IMG/VR virus record: IMGVR_UViG_3300036790_000366
Coordinates: 12,384-76,383 of that record
Length of the DNA: 64,000 nt
Strand: one strand, 5' to 3'
Origin: a virus
Made by a program: the position numbers and the translations under genes. Under the pieces are notes generated by a model. The model was not told the origin of the DNA and searched no databases. It was given only the letters and a program-made list of their open reading frames with translations. Positions 1-9,568 of this stretch are shown here, one piece after another. Numbering within the stretch: the first letter of the stretch is position 1; every line of letters starts with the position of its first letter.

Positions 1-104
1 ATGAATTTTGGGTGGTGCTGCGGTGCTTTCCGGCCGCGCCGGTCTGTGCTGGTCTCAAAGCTAGTGGGAGTCTTGAGTTGTGTCAAATGATGCAGGTGGG
101 ACGG

Positions 105-2573
105 CTAATCGAGCACCCACACGGCGCTCGGCAGCGTCGTCCCCGTGCTGGTGTTCACCTTGATCCACTGACCGGGACCCACTCTGACCGGGAAGGACGT
201 CGCGATCGTGCCCGCCGTGGTGAAGTCGGCCACTGTGGCCACCGCGGGAGCCGACGCGCTACCGGCAAGGGAGCTCACCTGCACGGTCGTCAGATTCGCC
301 CCGCCGGACAGGTAGACGGTGGCGGTCCTGTACAGGGTGTTGCAGACCGCGGTGTTGGCCACCAGGGCGGGCGGGGACGCGTTGACGCCCGGGAGGATCT
401 GCTCCCGAATGACGCGCAGTGTGGTGGGGAACGTGAAGGACGGCACGCTGGAGCTGCCGCACATGCGGATCTCTCCGGTGATACCTCCGAGCCCCGTGCC
501 GGTGTTGGGGTTGTCCCGGAAGGCGACGGTGCCCTCCGTGTCCAGGATGCCGTGCACGGTGGCCGCAGGGCCGAACACCATGACGTGGAAGGAGCACGAC
601 TCCACCGCCAGCTGCCCGAAGTTGATCGCGTGCAGCGCGCCGATGGCGCTGCCGCTGTCCCCGTACACGCCGACCGGGCAGAAACCTCCCCAGCAGTACA
701 GGATCGTGTTGACGCCTTCTCCCACGGTGTGTTCCATCCACAGTGGTCCGTAGGTGTAGCCGCCGTTCCACACGCAGTCCCGGATGACGTTGCTCGCATT
801 GTTTCCGTTCGCGGGCATCAGGCCGCCGATGGAGATGCCGCCGGAGAATGTCGGGATGGAGGAGAAGTCTCCGAGTCCCGGTTCGTTCTTGTAGTACTGC
901 ACCACGCCGTTCGTTCCGAAGGAGCACCTGTTCAAGTGCGCCCTGGCCATGCCGAAGAAGTTGAAAGGACAGTACGTCCAACCCGAGGCGCTGTGCGTGT
1001 TCATGATGACGAGGTCTTTCAGCACCACGGTGAAGTTGTTGTACACCGGGTCCGCGACGGAGTTCCCGTAGCCGAACTTACCGGTGGGTCCTCCCAGGAC
1101 GCTCGGGTTCCCGAAGTTGGTGACCGAGGTGGCCTGCGTCGCCTGCGTGGAGAAGACGCCCGTGGAGAACCAGGTGGAACTGCCCAGCATCGGGTAGTCC
1201 TGGTCCCAGTACCTGGTGTTGCCGCCATCCAGCACGCCGGAGAAGGAGAGGACCCTTCCCGCGTTCCTTCCCGAGTTCAGGCCGATCGTCAGCTGCGAGT
1301 TGTATATCGCGTTGACGCCGTCGGTGTTCTTCAGCGCACCGGCGATCATGTACCCCGCACCGCCGACCGCGGCAGGGGTGATGATTTCCGAACCGACGCC
1401 GTAAGGAGATTCGAAAGCCACCGCGGCGTTGATGGCCGACTGGATCGCCGCCGTGTTGTCCGTGCCCCACAGAACTTGCAGGCTGGTTCCGTTGGCCACG
1501 GTTGCGGCAACGGCCAGCGTCACCTGAGAAGCCGACTGGTAGGAGGCGACCGTGGTGACCAGGGAAGTCTGCCCGGAGGTCAGCGCGCCCTTGACCACGA
1601 TCGGTTTTCCCACGTCGCCGGGGGCGAAGGGGTTCGAGGTTCCGCATGTGAGGACCGCGGAAGCGTTCATCGCCCCGTCGATGGCGCACTTCATGTCCCC
1701 CACGGCCCCGTAAGCCGTTATGAGGAACTGCCAGGGCGCCATCGGGTGGATGTGCCCGGAGTCCACCACGAGGTTGTTGGAGCCCAGCGCAGCGACTCCG
1801 TTCGGCTGTAGGTGGGCCGCGTTCGACTCGTACTCGACGATACCGGCAACGCCTGTCGTGGCGTTCGACAGCGTGGGGGTTCCGTGTCCGTGGTCGCCTT
1901 TGGAGAAGGCTGCGGAACTACCGGCCGAAGAAGTCTGGCCGAACGAGGTTCCGGCAGTGACCGTGCTGGACGGAGAAGGAACCGCCGGAAGCTGGCCCAC
2001 CGTGGCGTAGTCGGTTCCGGCGGTTCCGTTCGCCGCGTTGGTTATCTTGTTCGATCCCATGTTGATGGGGCCGGTCATCGTTCCGCCGGAAGTCGGTAGC
2101 GAACCCGCTCCGGACGGTGCCTGCCAGTCCGCGGTCTGGTTCCCCAGGTTCGTGAGGACTTCTCCCGCGGTTCCGGTGCCCAGGATCGATATGCCGTTCA
2201 CGGGCGTGAAGGAACTCGCCGGGGCGAGCGCGGAGAGGTCCACGGTGGACCCCAGCGTGTGCGGCAGGGAGACGGGGTAGTCGCTGATGACCGGGGTCTT
2301 CGAGGAACCGTAGAAAAGTTCCTGCCGGACGGTGACGGTGAAGCCGTTCGGGTTGACCGTCTCGTCGTTGACCGGAAGGACCACCGGAGTCATCACACCG
2401 CCGACCACCGGCGTGGAAGTCTGCGAGTCAGCGATGACGACCCCGTGGGTGGGATCGAGCAATTGCCCGGAGGCGATGAAGTAGACGGTGCCACTTGCCG
2501 CGGAATTTCCTTCCAGGTCGCATAGATTCTCACCTGTCACGATGATGGTGGCTATACCTGCGGGAAGTGACAT
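105..2573 (-). CDS. Tailspike / receptor-binding protein with pectin-lyase-like beta-helix (possible depolymerase)
   Basis: 822 aa, Gly/Thr/Ser-rich; 'ITAYGAVGD' and 'TDNTAAIQSAINAA' are typical of the start of a pectate_lyase_3 beta-helix; 'GGTMTGPINMG' fibre motif; last gene of the structural operon. Confidence 0.75.
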   Translation of the reverse strand: MSLPAGIATIIVTGENLCDLEGNSAASGTVYFIASGQLLDPTHGVVIADSQTSTPVVGGVMTPVVLPVNDETVNPNGFTVTVRQELFYGSSKTPVISDYPVSLPHTLGSTVDLSALAPASSFTPVNGISILGTGTAGEVLTNLGNQTADWQAPSGAGSLPTSGGTMTGPINMGSNKITNAANGTAGTDYATVGQLPAVPSPSSTVTAGTSFGQTSSAGSSAAFSKGDHGHGTPTLSNATTGVAGIVEYESNAAHLQPNGVAALGSNNLVVDSGHIHPMAPWQFLITAYGAVGDMKCAIDGAMNASAVLTCGTSNPFAPGDVGKPIVVKGALTSGQTSLVTTVASYQSASQVTLAVAATVANGTSLQVLWGTDNTAAIQSAINAAVAFESPYGVGSEIITPAAVGGAGYMIAGALKNTDGVNAIYNSQLTIGLNSGRNAGRVLSFSGVLDGGNTRYWDQDYPMLGSSTWFSTGVFSTQATQATSVTNFGNPSVLGGPTGKFGYGNSVADPVYNNFTVVLKDLVIMNTHSASGWTYCPFNFFGMARAHLNRCSFGTNGVVQYYKNEPGLGDFSSIPTFSGGISIGGLMPANGNNASNVIRDCVWNGGYTYGPLWMEHTVGEGVNTILYCWGGFCPVGVYGDSGSAIGALHAINFGQLAVESCSFHVMVFGPAATVHGILDTEGTVAFRDNPNTGTGLGGITGEIRMCGSSSVPSFTFPTTLRVIREQILPGVNASPPALVANTAVCNTLYRTATVYLSGGANLTTVQVSSLAGSASAPAVATVADFTTAGTIATSFPVRVGPGQWIKVNTSTGTTLPSAVWVLD

Positions 2574-2586
2574 CGTCTTCTCCTGC

Positions 2587-3276
2587 TCAGGAAGTGGTCT
2601 TGGCCAGCGTGGCTTCCAGCTTGGCCAGTGCCGCCGTGTTCGCCTGGATGGCGGCTGTGAGGTTCTGCATGTGCGCGTCGTTCCAGCCCACCATGGAACC
2701 TAGCGTGGTGCTGCCGTGCTCCGCGCCTCCGGCCGTGTTGCCCTGCCGGGGGACCGGGGCGTTGAGGATTACTTGTGCGTCTTCTGGGGTGAGTGCCATG
2801 TCTTCTCCTTGAGGTTCCGGGTCAACGCCCGGCCAGTAGTCGGCCACGCTGGAGATGTCCCAGTTCACGTCGCTCTCGTACTGGTGCGCGACGGCGCCGA
2901 CTGGAATCGTCTGACTGCCGTTGTAGTTCGCCAGCCAGTAATGCGGCTCGACGACGTTCCGGGCCTTGAAAGCCGCCTGCACCAGCGGAAGGGTGTTCTC
3001 TTCGTTGCAGTAGACAGTCGGGTCCGCACCGGCCAGCCGACGCATGAGGACCCAGTCCACGGACTGCGCGGGGGAGGCGTTTCCCTCTTCCACGTCCAGA
3101 ACTGCTCCGAAGTTGGAGGACTGGTGCACCACGATGTGCACGTGGACCGAGTCCGGGAACCTGGCCCAGTCGGTGTCCTTCCACGCGTAGAATCCGTCGT
3201 CGTATCCGGCGACGAGTTGTGCGCTCGTGGGGATGACGTCCGCGTCGGAGTCGATCCCGTCGTACATGATTCGCAT
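2587..3276 (-). CDS. Endolysin, GH25-like muramidase
   Basis: 'VLDVEEG', 'PTVYC', 'YWLANY', 'AHQY...DISSV' GH25-type barrel motifs; adjacent to small membrane genes. Confidence 0.7.
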   Translation of the reverse strand: MRIMYDGIDSDADVIPTSAQLVAGYDDGFYAWKDTDWARFPDSVHVHIVVHQSSNFGAVLDVEEGNASPAQSVDWVLMRRLAGADPTVYCNEENTLPLVQAAFKARNVVEPHYWLANYNGSQTIPVGAVAHQYESDVNWDISSVADYWPGVDPEPQGEDMALTPEDAQVILNAPVPRQGNTAGGAEHGSTTLGSMVGWNDAHMQNLTAAIQANTAALAKLEATLAKTTS

Positions 3277-3279
3277 ACT

Positions 3280-3399
3280 TCATCCTCCCAGGAACGGGCG
3301 CAAAGCCCCGATCACCGCTATGAGCAGGCCGACCCCTCGCAGCAGCTCGTCATGGCTCAGCCAGAACGAGTTGATCCGCCTGCTCGTAGGAGTACGCAT
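3280..3399 (-). CDS. Small membrane protein, 39 aa (not in ORF track)
   Basis: MRTPTSRRINSFWLSHDELLRGVGLLIAVIGALRPFLGG; AGGAG RBS; fills the gap in the lysis cassette. Confidence 0.55.
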   Translation of the reverse strand: MRTPTSRRINSFWLSHDELLRGVGLLIAVIGALRPFLGG

Positions 3400-3409
3400 G
3401 TCGATGCTC

Positions 3410-3772
3410 CTAGCAGCTGCCGATGTCGGGGTAAGTGGCGTGCTGTAGTTCGCCATTGATTTTCGCCAGTTCTGTCAGGTAGGTCTTGATGACCGCGGCA
3501 TCCTGGGCTGGGGTGTTCTTCTTGGAGTTGATGAGAGCCACCACGAAGTTGTTGATGTTCGAGGTGTTCTCGTTCGAGATCGTGGCACGCTCCTTCAGCA
3601 CGGCCAAGAATTCCTGATTCACCTTCGTCTGGCAAGCAGCCGTCGCAGCGGTCCGGTGGACTTCGGTTGTTCTCTCACTCTGCTCGACCGAGGTGAAGAC
3701 CACCGCCCCGATCGCGAGAAGCAACGCGAGCCAGCCAACATACCGCTGCGCCCGCTCCTTGGTCACACGCAT
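3410..3772 (-). CDS. Lysis-cassette membrane protein (1 TM plus helical domain)
   Basis: N-terminal TM 'WLALLLAIGAVVF'; position. Confidence 0.6.
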   Translation of the reverse strand: MRVTKERAQRYVGWLALLLAIGAVVFTSVEQSERTTEVHRTAATAACQTKVNQEFLAVLKERATISNENTSNINNFVVALINSKKNTPAQDAAVIKTYLTELAKINGELQHATYPDIGSC

Positions 3773-3778
3773 CTGAGA

Positions 3779-3955
3779 TCAGTCCTTGGTCTTGTCTTTT
3801 TTGGTCTTTACCGCGCTCACGACGCCCACCAGCGCCGCGAACGTCGTGTCAAAACCTCCGGAGACGGAGACGTGCTCGATGAGCCCGGCGAGATGGACGG
3901 AACCCCATGCGACGATGACGACTCCGAGCAGAATCGTCTTTGCAGTTCCGTTCAC
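3779..3955 (-). CDS. Holin-like 2-TM protein
   Basis: Two hydrophobic helices and a basic C-tail KTKKDKTKD; probable GTG start after GGAG. Confidence 0.6.
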   Translation of the reverse strand: MNGTAKTILLGVVIVAWGSVHLAGLIEHVSVSGGFDTTFAALVGVVSAVKTKKDKTKD

Positions 3956-4018
3956 CCGCTCTCCCCTCCGAAGTTCCATGATGCCTCCACGGCAGGCTCC
4001 CACCAAGCCCTGAGACGG

Positions 4019-4246
4019 TTACGGGCCTTCCTGGCCCTCTGGTACCGCGGCCACGCTCAAAGGGACCGCACGGGCCCTCTGCGGGGTTCTGGGGCGTTCC
4101 TGGTCCTCTTCCGCCTTCTCGTACTTCTCCAGACGCTCCGACAGGTGCTGGTAGCCGATGCGGAGCACCATCAGTTGATGGTTGGCCTCCGCGAGCTGCT
4201 TCTTGTACTCCTCCAGCATCTCCTCGTACGTGGCCGTGATTTCCAC
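4019..4246 (-). CDS. Small coiled-coil protein
   Basis: 75 aa with heptad pattern; typical between tail and lysis genes. Confidence 0.55.
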   Translation of the reverse strand: MEITATYEEMLEEYKKQLAEANHQLMVLRIGYQHLSERLEKYEKAEEDQERPRTPQRARAVPLSVAAVPEGQEGP

Positions 4247-4336
4247 TCTACGCCCTTTTCATGATCATTTATGGATTCGAAAATTGCCGGAAAATTTTTG
4301 GGGCTTCTTTTTTTCGGGAAGTCGTTTTGACGAAAA

Positions 4337-5371
4337 TCAGAAAGCTGCACCCATGTCTTCCACGTACAGGGTACGCCCGAGGGTACCAACCTCCACTGGT
4401 GTGAATGTACCGGTTCCGGCAGTCCTCTGCGCGGAGAAGCCGAAGACCGAGTTGCCCGTGGTACCGGTGTACTGGAAGGTACCGGTCATCGGGATGCCCA
4501 CCCGGCCGCTGGTTCCGGTCAGCTGCGTGGTGTAGATGTTCTCAGCCACGAGGGTGGAAGTCGCTGTCGGGTTGCTTGCCGAGCCGGAGTTCCTGACACG
4601 CAAGTCGAACACATCGTTGACGACGGTACCGTTTCCGTCCAGTCCTTCCAACGTCACCCGGTAGCGGCGCCCGTTGATGAGGGCGCACGTGTAGTACCCG
4701 AGAACGGTGTCGAAAGTTTCTGTGCTGCCAGAGGTGGCTGTTCCGCTCGCATCCGAGTTGATGGGCGTGGCCATCAGGCCGCCCGCACCGGTCGGAACCC
4801 ATGCGGATCCGGTGTAGACCGTCGTCTTCCCGGTGTCGGTCTCGTACACCACCATTCCCGCACCCGCGGTGGGGCGTGTCGTGGACGTGCAGACGAGCGC
4901 GCCAGAATGGTTGTCCCAGCTCGACCCGTTCCACACCATGACGCGCTTCGTGTCGGTCTCGTAGATGTCCACGCCGTTTGCCAGGGCCACCGTGGGGCGC
5001 GTGCTGGACGTGCAGATGACAGTTGACTGCCACTGCCATATCGAGCCCGTGTAGACCGCGACGGCGTTCTTGTCGGTGGTGTAGACGACGTCGCCGGTGA
5101 TGGGGTTGGCGGGAAAGGCTGAGGAGAGGCAGCTCGCCATGCTCGTGTCCACCCACGAAGAGCCCTTGTAGACCCGGACGAACGTCGTGTCCGTCTCGTA
5201 GATGAGCATGCCCTGGACGGGACTGGCAGGACGTGTGCTGGACGTGCAGACCTGCGTGCCCAGCTTCAGGTCGATGCCGTCCCAGTTCACGTTGAAGTCG
5301 TTGACCACGTCTACGTTGTCGGTGGCCTCGACGATTTTGTTCAGCGCGTAACGAGCGGTGGTGGTCGTCAC
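4337..5371 (-). CDS. Tail fibre / minor tail protein with four internal repeats
   Basis: Repeats of VCTSSTRP...G..(I/V)YETDT...(Y/W).GS.W. Confidence 0.7.
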   Translation of the reverse strand: MTTTTARYALNKIVEATDNVDVVNDFNVNWDGIDLKLGTQVCTSSTRPASPVQGMLIYETDTTFVRVYKGSSWVDTSMASCLSSAFPANPITGDVVYTTDKNAVAVYTGSIWQWQSTVICTSSTRPTVALANGVDIYETDTKRVMVWNGSSWDNHSGALVCTSTTRPTAGAGMVVYETDTGKTTVYTGSAWVPTGAGGLMATPINSDASGTATSGSTETFDTVLGYYTCALINGRRYRVTLEGLDGNGTVVNDVFDLRVRNSGSASNPTATSTLVAENIYTTQLTGTSGRVGIPMTGTFQYTGTTGNSVFGFSAQRTAGTGTFTPVEVGTLGRTLYVEDMGAAF

Positions 5372-5811
5372 TTCTTATCGCTCCTCGCCATGCGCTCGGC
5401 ACGGATACCGGCACACCAGGCACGGTGCTTCTTGTGCAGATCGGAGTCGTGCAGCTCCGGATGCCGTTGGTGGATCTGGTCCAGCAGTCCGTTCGGGTCC
5501 TGCCATTGGATGTCTTTGGCCTTCACGTCCGCGATGTGCCCGAGCATGTTCTCCCGGGCGCTCGCCTCGTCCGTGTTGTAGACGAACCTCGGATGGTCGT
5601 GCACGTTGTCGGAGAAATCCCGGACGCGTTCGTGCAGAATGATGTCCAGCACGGTGGCACTGTCTTCCGGGTCGATGCCGTATTCCGCAGCCCGGTAGTC
5701 CAGTTCGCTCGGCTTGATATGGTAGATGTTTTCTAGTCCGCCGTCGGTCCAGTGGATCCACCAACCGTTCTCCGGCTGGTACTCCACCTTCAGTACCTGT
5801 CTGGTCTGCAC
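5368..5811 (-). CDS. Hypothetical tail-module protein
   Basis: 147 aa, tightly packed in the operon. Confidence 0.6.
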   Translation of the reverse strand: MQTRQVLKVEYQPENGWWIHWTDGGLENIYHIKPSELDYRAAEYGIDPEDSATVLDIILHERVRDFSDNVHDHPRFVYNTDEASARENMLGHIADVKAKDIQWQDPNGLLDQIHQRHPELHDSDLHKKHRAWCAGIRAERMARSDKK

Positions 5812-5815
5812 GTCG

Positions 5816-8665
5816 TCACCTCACTCGGAAAGTGTGCCAGAGGGCATAAGAAACTGTGGTGCTGTTCCATGCGATGGAGAACCCGGTGATGGAACTGACG
5901 CTGATGTAGCAGCCCCGGGTGGTGGGACTGCTCGTGGTGTCGATGACTCCTGGCAGCGTGACGACCGGCCCCGCCATGGTGGAACCGTACCCGATGCTGA
6001 TGGCTCCGGCACCTGCCACGCCTCCCAGGAACCCGGCGAAGATGCACCAGTTCGGAAAGGCGCCACCGGTCATGTTCCCGTTGTTCACGGTGTACCCGAC
6101 GGTGCGCCAGGAAGCGTCGGAGTTGGTGGCGTCCCAGTTCATCTCCAGGCCGCCGTACTCCGTGCCGTGCTTCTGCACGGTCATGTACGACGTGGTGTCG
6201 CCGATGACGAACCCGCCACCGCTGACGGACTGAGTGCTGTCGATGACTGCCAGATGTGCGAACGACGGACCCTGCAAATAAACGCGCTGCCCCACCGTCG
6301 TGCTGTCCAGGCCGGAAGTATAAGTGGCGGTGTTGATGCCGATGCCAGCGCCCGCCTGAGAACCGAACTCGACTGCGTTGATGAATGCAGGTTTGGTTCC
6401 GGTGATGTCGTAGAGGTAGAGCGTCGGGTAGGAACCGGAGCAGTCCACGGTGAACTCGTTGCCGCCCGCGCCGGAGGCAAGAATGATGGTGGTCGAGCTC
6501 GGGCTGACGTCGAAGACCTTGAACCCGGCTGCGTTGTACGCGTGGAAGCCAAGGCTGTCCATCACCGCGCGGGCACCGGTGGCTGCCGTCTCGATCGTGC
6601 CGCCGAGGATGATGGTGGCCGTCACAGTGCCCGCGATGAGCTTGCTCACCGACAGGGAGGAGATGTGGGTGTCGTCGATCAGGACCGCGGTCACACCCGA
6701 ACCCGGGGAGGGCGGGGAGGAGTTCCCCGAGATGTCCACCGCGATGAGCTTGATGTAGATGCCGGTGGTGGAAGTCACCTGGAAAGTTCCCACCGCCACG
6801 ATTCCGGCGGCCATCATGCCCGCGTTGGCGATGAGCTTTCCGAGATATGTCGGGGAGGTTATTCCGGGGACGGGAACGAACGCCGGGTCGTAGCTGTAGT
6901 GGACTTCCAGGTGGTCCAGGTCGTTGGCCAGGTTGAAGGTGCCGCCTGCCTCCGAGCCCATGTCGCTGAGAACCTGGACCGCGACCATGGAGGCGAACAC
7001 CGTGGGCGCGTCCGGCTGGTTCGGTGCCAAGTCGTCCGTGGCCGTGACGAAAGCGCTCGTGGCGGAGAAGGTTCCGGTGTTCCCGGACACGTCCGTGCAC
7101 GCTATCTGGAAGTCGTACGTCTCCCCGCAGATGAGTCCCTGGATGACGAGGTTGTTGCTGTCGATCCCGACGGTCACCGTGGTCCACTGCTGGTTCTGCG
7201 GACTGTCCAGCGGGTTGCTCCACGGGTTCCCCTGGAGCGTGTTCCACGGCTTGCCCTGAAGCTGCGACCACTTGATGGGGTAGAGCGGCGTGCTCGCCAG
7301 CTTGTACTGCACCAGGTACTGATAGCCGTCGATCATCGTGGTGCCATCGGTGTTCGCAGGCGTCGTCCACTGAAGTTCCATCTGCGCCAGCGTGGTGCCG
7401 GTCGCCGGGGAGAAGTAAGCGGCCGTGTAGATGCTCGTGGGGGTGAAAGCAGGCGTGCCGGGAACCGTCGGGTTCGGACCGGGTGCCGCAGTGACACCGG
7501 TTGCCGGACCAGCGATGATTCCGCCGCTCAGTTTGTTCAGCGCGTTCGCTACCAGAATCTCGCGGCTGTAGAAAACGTTGTTCAGCGTGGGCTGTATGAA
7601 AGTCGGGCCGCCCGGACCGCACTGCGCGGCGACCTGTGCCACCTGGTACTTGGTCGTGGTTCCGTTGACGTCCAGCGAAATGTAATTTCCGGAGAAGTAG
7701 TCCTTCCAGGGAATCGGGGTCCCCTTGGACGTGTCGATGACATACGTGGGTGTCAGCGAGATCAGCTGGTCGTCGATGGCTCCGAGCGCCTGCTCCGCCC
7801 AGTAGGTGAGCGTGGCGGCGTCGGTCACGCCGGACTGCGACATGTAAGTCTCTATGCGGCCGATCGTTCCTTCGGTACCGGCGATGGTCTCGATGTTCAG
7901 GCCGTTGTCGCCCTGCGCCAGCATCACGGTGGCGATCTGCGTGCGGTCGCGCCCCTGCGGGGAGGTGACGATCTCCCGCCCCTTGCGAATGAACACCGTG
8001 GAACTGTGGTCCACCGCGAGAGTCGTCTTCGGGTTGTACATGTGCAGAACGGTGCCGGTCATGGAGAAGTCGCACAGGCCTCCCTGCGACAGGGAGATGA
8101 GCAGGTCCATCATGAACCCGCCCGCGTCGAACGCGTTCGTGTACGACTGCGTCCATGCCGCCCCGGAACTATCCTGTCCGTCGGTGAAGTCCCACGTGAG
8201 CAGAGGAAAACAACCGCGGGCCTGCGCTGCGGTCAGCAGGTCGTTCATCACCTTGCCCGCGGAGGCACCGGCGAAGGACCACGAGGTGGTGAGAGAACCG
8301 ACACCGGCCTGCGGGTAGATGATGGCCTCTTGCAGGAGGGCGATGATACTTCTGCCGGATGCCTGCACGATGGACGACTCGTTCATCGACGGGTCGTAGT
8401 TGTCCTGCTCGTAGAACCCGCGCCAGACTTCCTGGAACCCGTTGCCGTCACGCCGGTCCATCATGACGGCTATTTGCAGGTTCGTGTCCGAGATGAGGTT
8501 CGAGGCGCCGGGCGAGTTCAGGTTCCACTGCCACGTGAAGGACCCGACGTTGTTGTAGACGTCGAGGATGTTCAGGCTGGTGAAGTAGGGGAACTCGCAG
8601 AGAAGTGTGGTTCCGTTCGCTGCGTACACCCTCACCGTCATCGGGGTGTCGGCTGTAGTGGTCAC
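5816..8665 (-). CDS. Baseplate hub / Tal-like minor tail protein with FN3-like domains
   Basis: 949 aa after Dit; FN3-like 'YDFQIACTDVSGNTG' and 'IKLIAVDISGNSSPPS'; 'SLSVSKLIAGT' host-specificity motif. Confidence 0.75.
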   Translation of the reverse strand: MTTTADTPMTVRVYAANGTTLLCEFPYFTSLNILDVYNNVGSFTWQWNLNSPGASNLISDTNLQIAVMMDRRDGNGFQEVWRGFYEQDNYDPSMNESSIVQASGRSIIALLQEAIIYPQAGVGSLTTSWSFAGASAGKVMNDLLTAAQARGCFPLLTWDFTDGQDSSGAAWTQSYTNAFDAGGFMMDLLISLSQGGLCDFSMTGTVLHMYNPKTTLAVDHSSTVFIRKGREIVTSPQGRDRTQIATVMLAQGDNGLNIETIAGTEGTIGRIETYMSQSGVTDAATLTYWAEQALGAIDDQLISLTPTYVIDTSKGTPIPWKDYFSGNYISLDVNGTTTKYQVAQVAAQCGPGGPTFIQPTLNNVFYSREILVANALNKLSGGIIAGPATGVTAAPGPNPTVPGTPAFTPTSIYTAAYFSPATGTTLAQMELQWTTPANTDGTTMIDGYQYLVQYKLASTPLYPIKWSQLQGKPWNTLQGNPWSNPLDSPQNQQWTTVTVGIDSNNLVIQGLICGETYDFQIACTDVSGNTGTFSATSAFVTATDDLAPNQPDAPTVFASMVAVQVLSDMGSEAGGTFNLANDLDHLEVHYSYDPAFVPVPGITSPTYLGKLIANAGMMAAGIVAVGTFQVTSTTGIYIKLIAVDISGNSSPPSPGSGVTAVLIDDTHISSLSVSKLIAGTVTATIILGGTIETAATGARAVMDSLGFHAYNAAGFKVFDVSPSSTTIILASGAGGNEFTVDCSGSYPTLYLYDITGTKPAFINAVEFGSQAGAGIGINTATYTSGLDSTTVGQRVYLQGPSFAHLAVIDSTQSVSGGGFVIGDTTSYMTVQKHGTEYGGLEMNWDATNSDASWRTVGYTVNNGNMTGGAFPNWCIFAGFLGGVAGAGAISIGYGSTMAGPVVTLPGVIDTTSSPTTRGCYISVSSITGFSIAWNSTTVSYALWHTFRVR

Positions 8666-8670
8666 GGCAC

Positions 8671-9567
8671 TTACCTCATGAACTTCTTATGGCCCACCAG
8701 GGCGAGGGCGGTGGCTCCGGAGGTGGAAGTCCCGCCGAAGGTTATGTTCACCCCGCCGAGTACCTGCGAGGGGTAGAGCACGAGCCATTCACCGTCGCCC
8801 GCGTGCTGCATGTTCGCCAATGCCGGAGACCACCCGGAACCGCCGTCGTCGATGCCCATGTTCGTGTTGTGCACCACGAGGGTTTTTCCCGCGGCCACGG
8901 TTCCGTTGTACTGGAACCACGAGCCGGACTCGTTGTCGGTGACCCTCGGGTTCGTGACCGGACCGGTGATGTTGAACTGCATGTCGTTCATGGGCGCGGT
9001 GGCCGTGGCAAGGGCCGTCACGACCCCGGAGAAGCCCGCTGCGAGCGTCGCGAGGGTGGTGTCGGCACTGTCCCACCAGAAGGGGTCCGGGAACGTCAGC
9101 TCCACCGTTATAGAGGCGTCCGTGACGGGTATCAGGGTGGGCCGGTTGACCGAGGCCACGGTGACGTACCCCTTGCGGGTGGTTCCGTCGGAACGCAAAC
9201 GAAGAACGGTCGCCAGGTTCCTGCGCCGCTGGAAGAGCAGGGACAGGGAGTCCAAGTTCGAGTCGAAGTTCTGCCGTGCCAGGTCGATCGAGGTGGGCGA
9301 CGCCCCGGTGGACGGGTTGTTCGTCGTCACGTGCATGGTGAGGAGTCGCGTCATCGCCGTGAAGTACTGCGGGTACCAGTACTCCCCGTGCTTCTGCGCG
9401 AGCTGGAACATACCGTTGGTTCCGGTCGTCGCACCCGAAGCGCTGCCGTTGACGTTGACACCCGCGATGTCGTCCAGCCCGGACCACGTGCGGATGTCCC
9501 AGATCTTGTTGCCGCCGACGTAGTTCGAGAGAGCGACACCGTCGTAGGTCCATGTCTCGGTAGCCAT
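8671..9567 (-). CDS. Distal tail protein (Dit)
   Basis: Directly after tape measure; 'ELTFPDPFWW' and 'ITGPVTNPRV' motifs. Confidence 0.75.
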   Translation of the reverse strand: MATETWTYDGVALSNYVGGNKIWDIRTWSGLDDIAGVNVNGSASGATTGTNGMFQLAQKHGEYWYPQYFTAMTRLLTMHVTTNNPSTGASPTSIDLARQNFDSNLDSLSLLFQRRRNLATVLRLRSDGTTRKGYVTVASVNRPTLIPVTDASITVELTFPDPFWWDSADTTLATLAAGFSGVVTALATATAPMNDMQFNITGPVTNPRVTDNESGSWFQYNGTVAAGKTLVVHNTNMGIDDGGSGWSPALANMQHAGDGEWLVLYPSQVLGGVNITFGGTSTSGATALALVGHKKFMR

Positions 9568-9568
9568 G

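Noticed and set aside
4337-5371. Diversity-generating retroelement acting on the fibre repeats
   Set aside because: No reverse transcriptase and no adenine-specific template/variable repeat pair seen; the repeats are protein-level
5726-8776. Very long plus-strand ORFs (also 12..1811, 19458..22115, 23298..26003, 40739..43030)
   Set aside because: Antisense shadows of real minus-strand genes, expected in high-GC3 DNA; Arg/Gly/His-rich with no motifs
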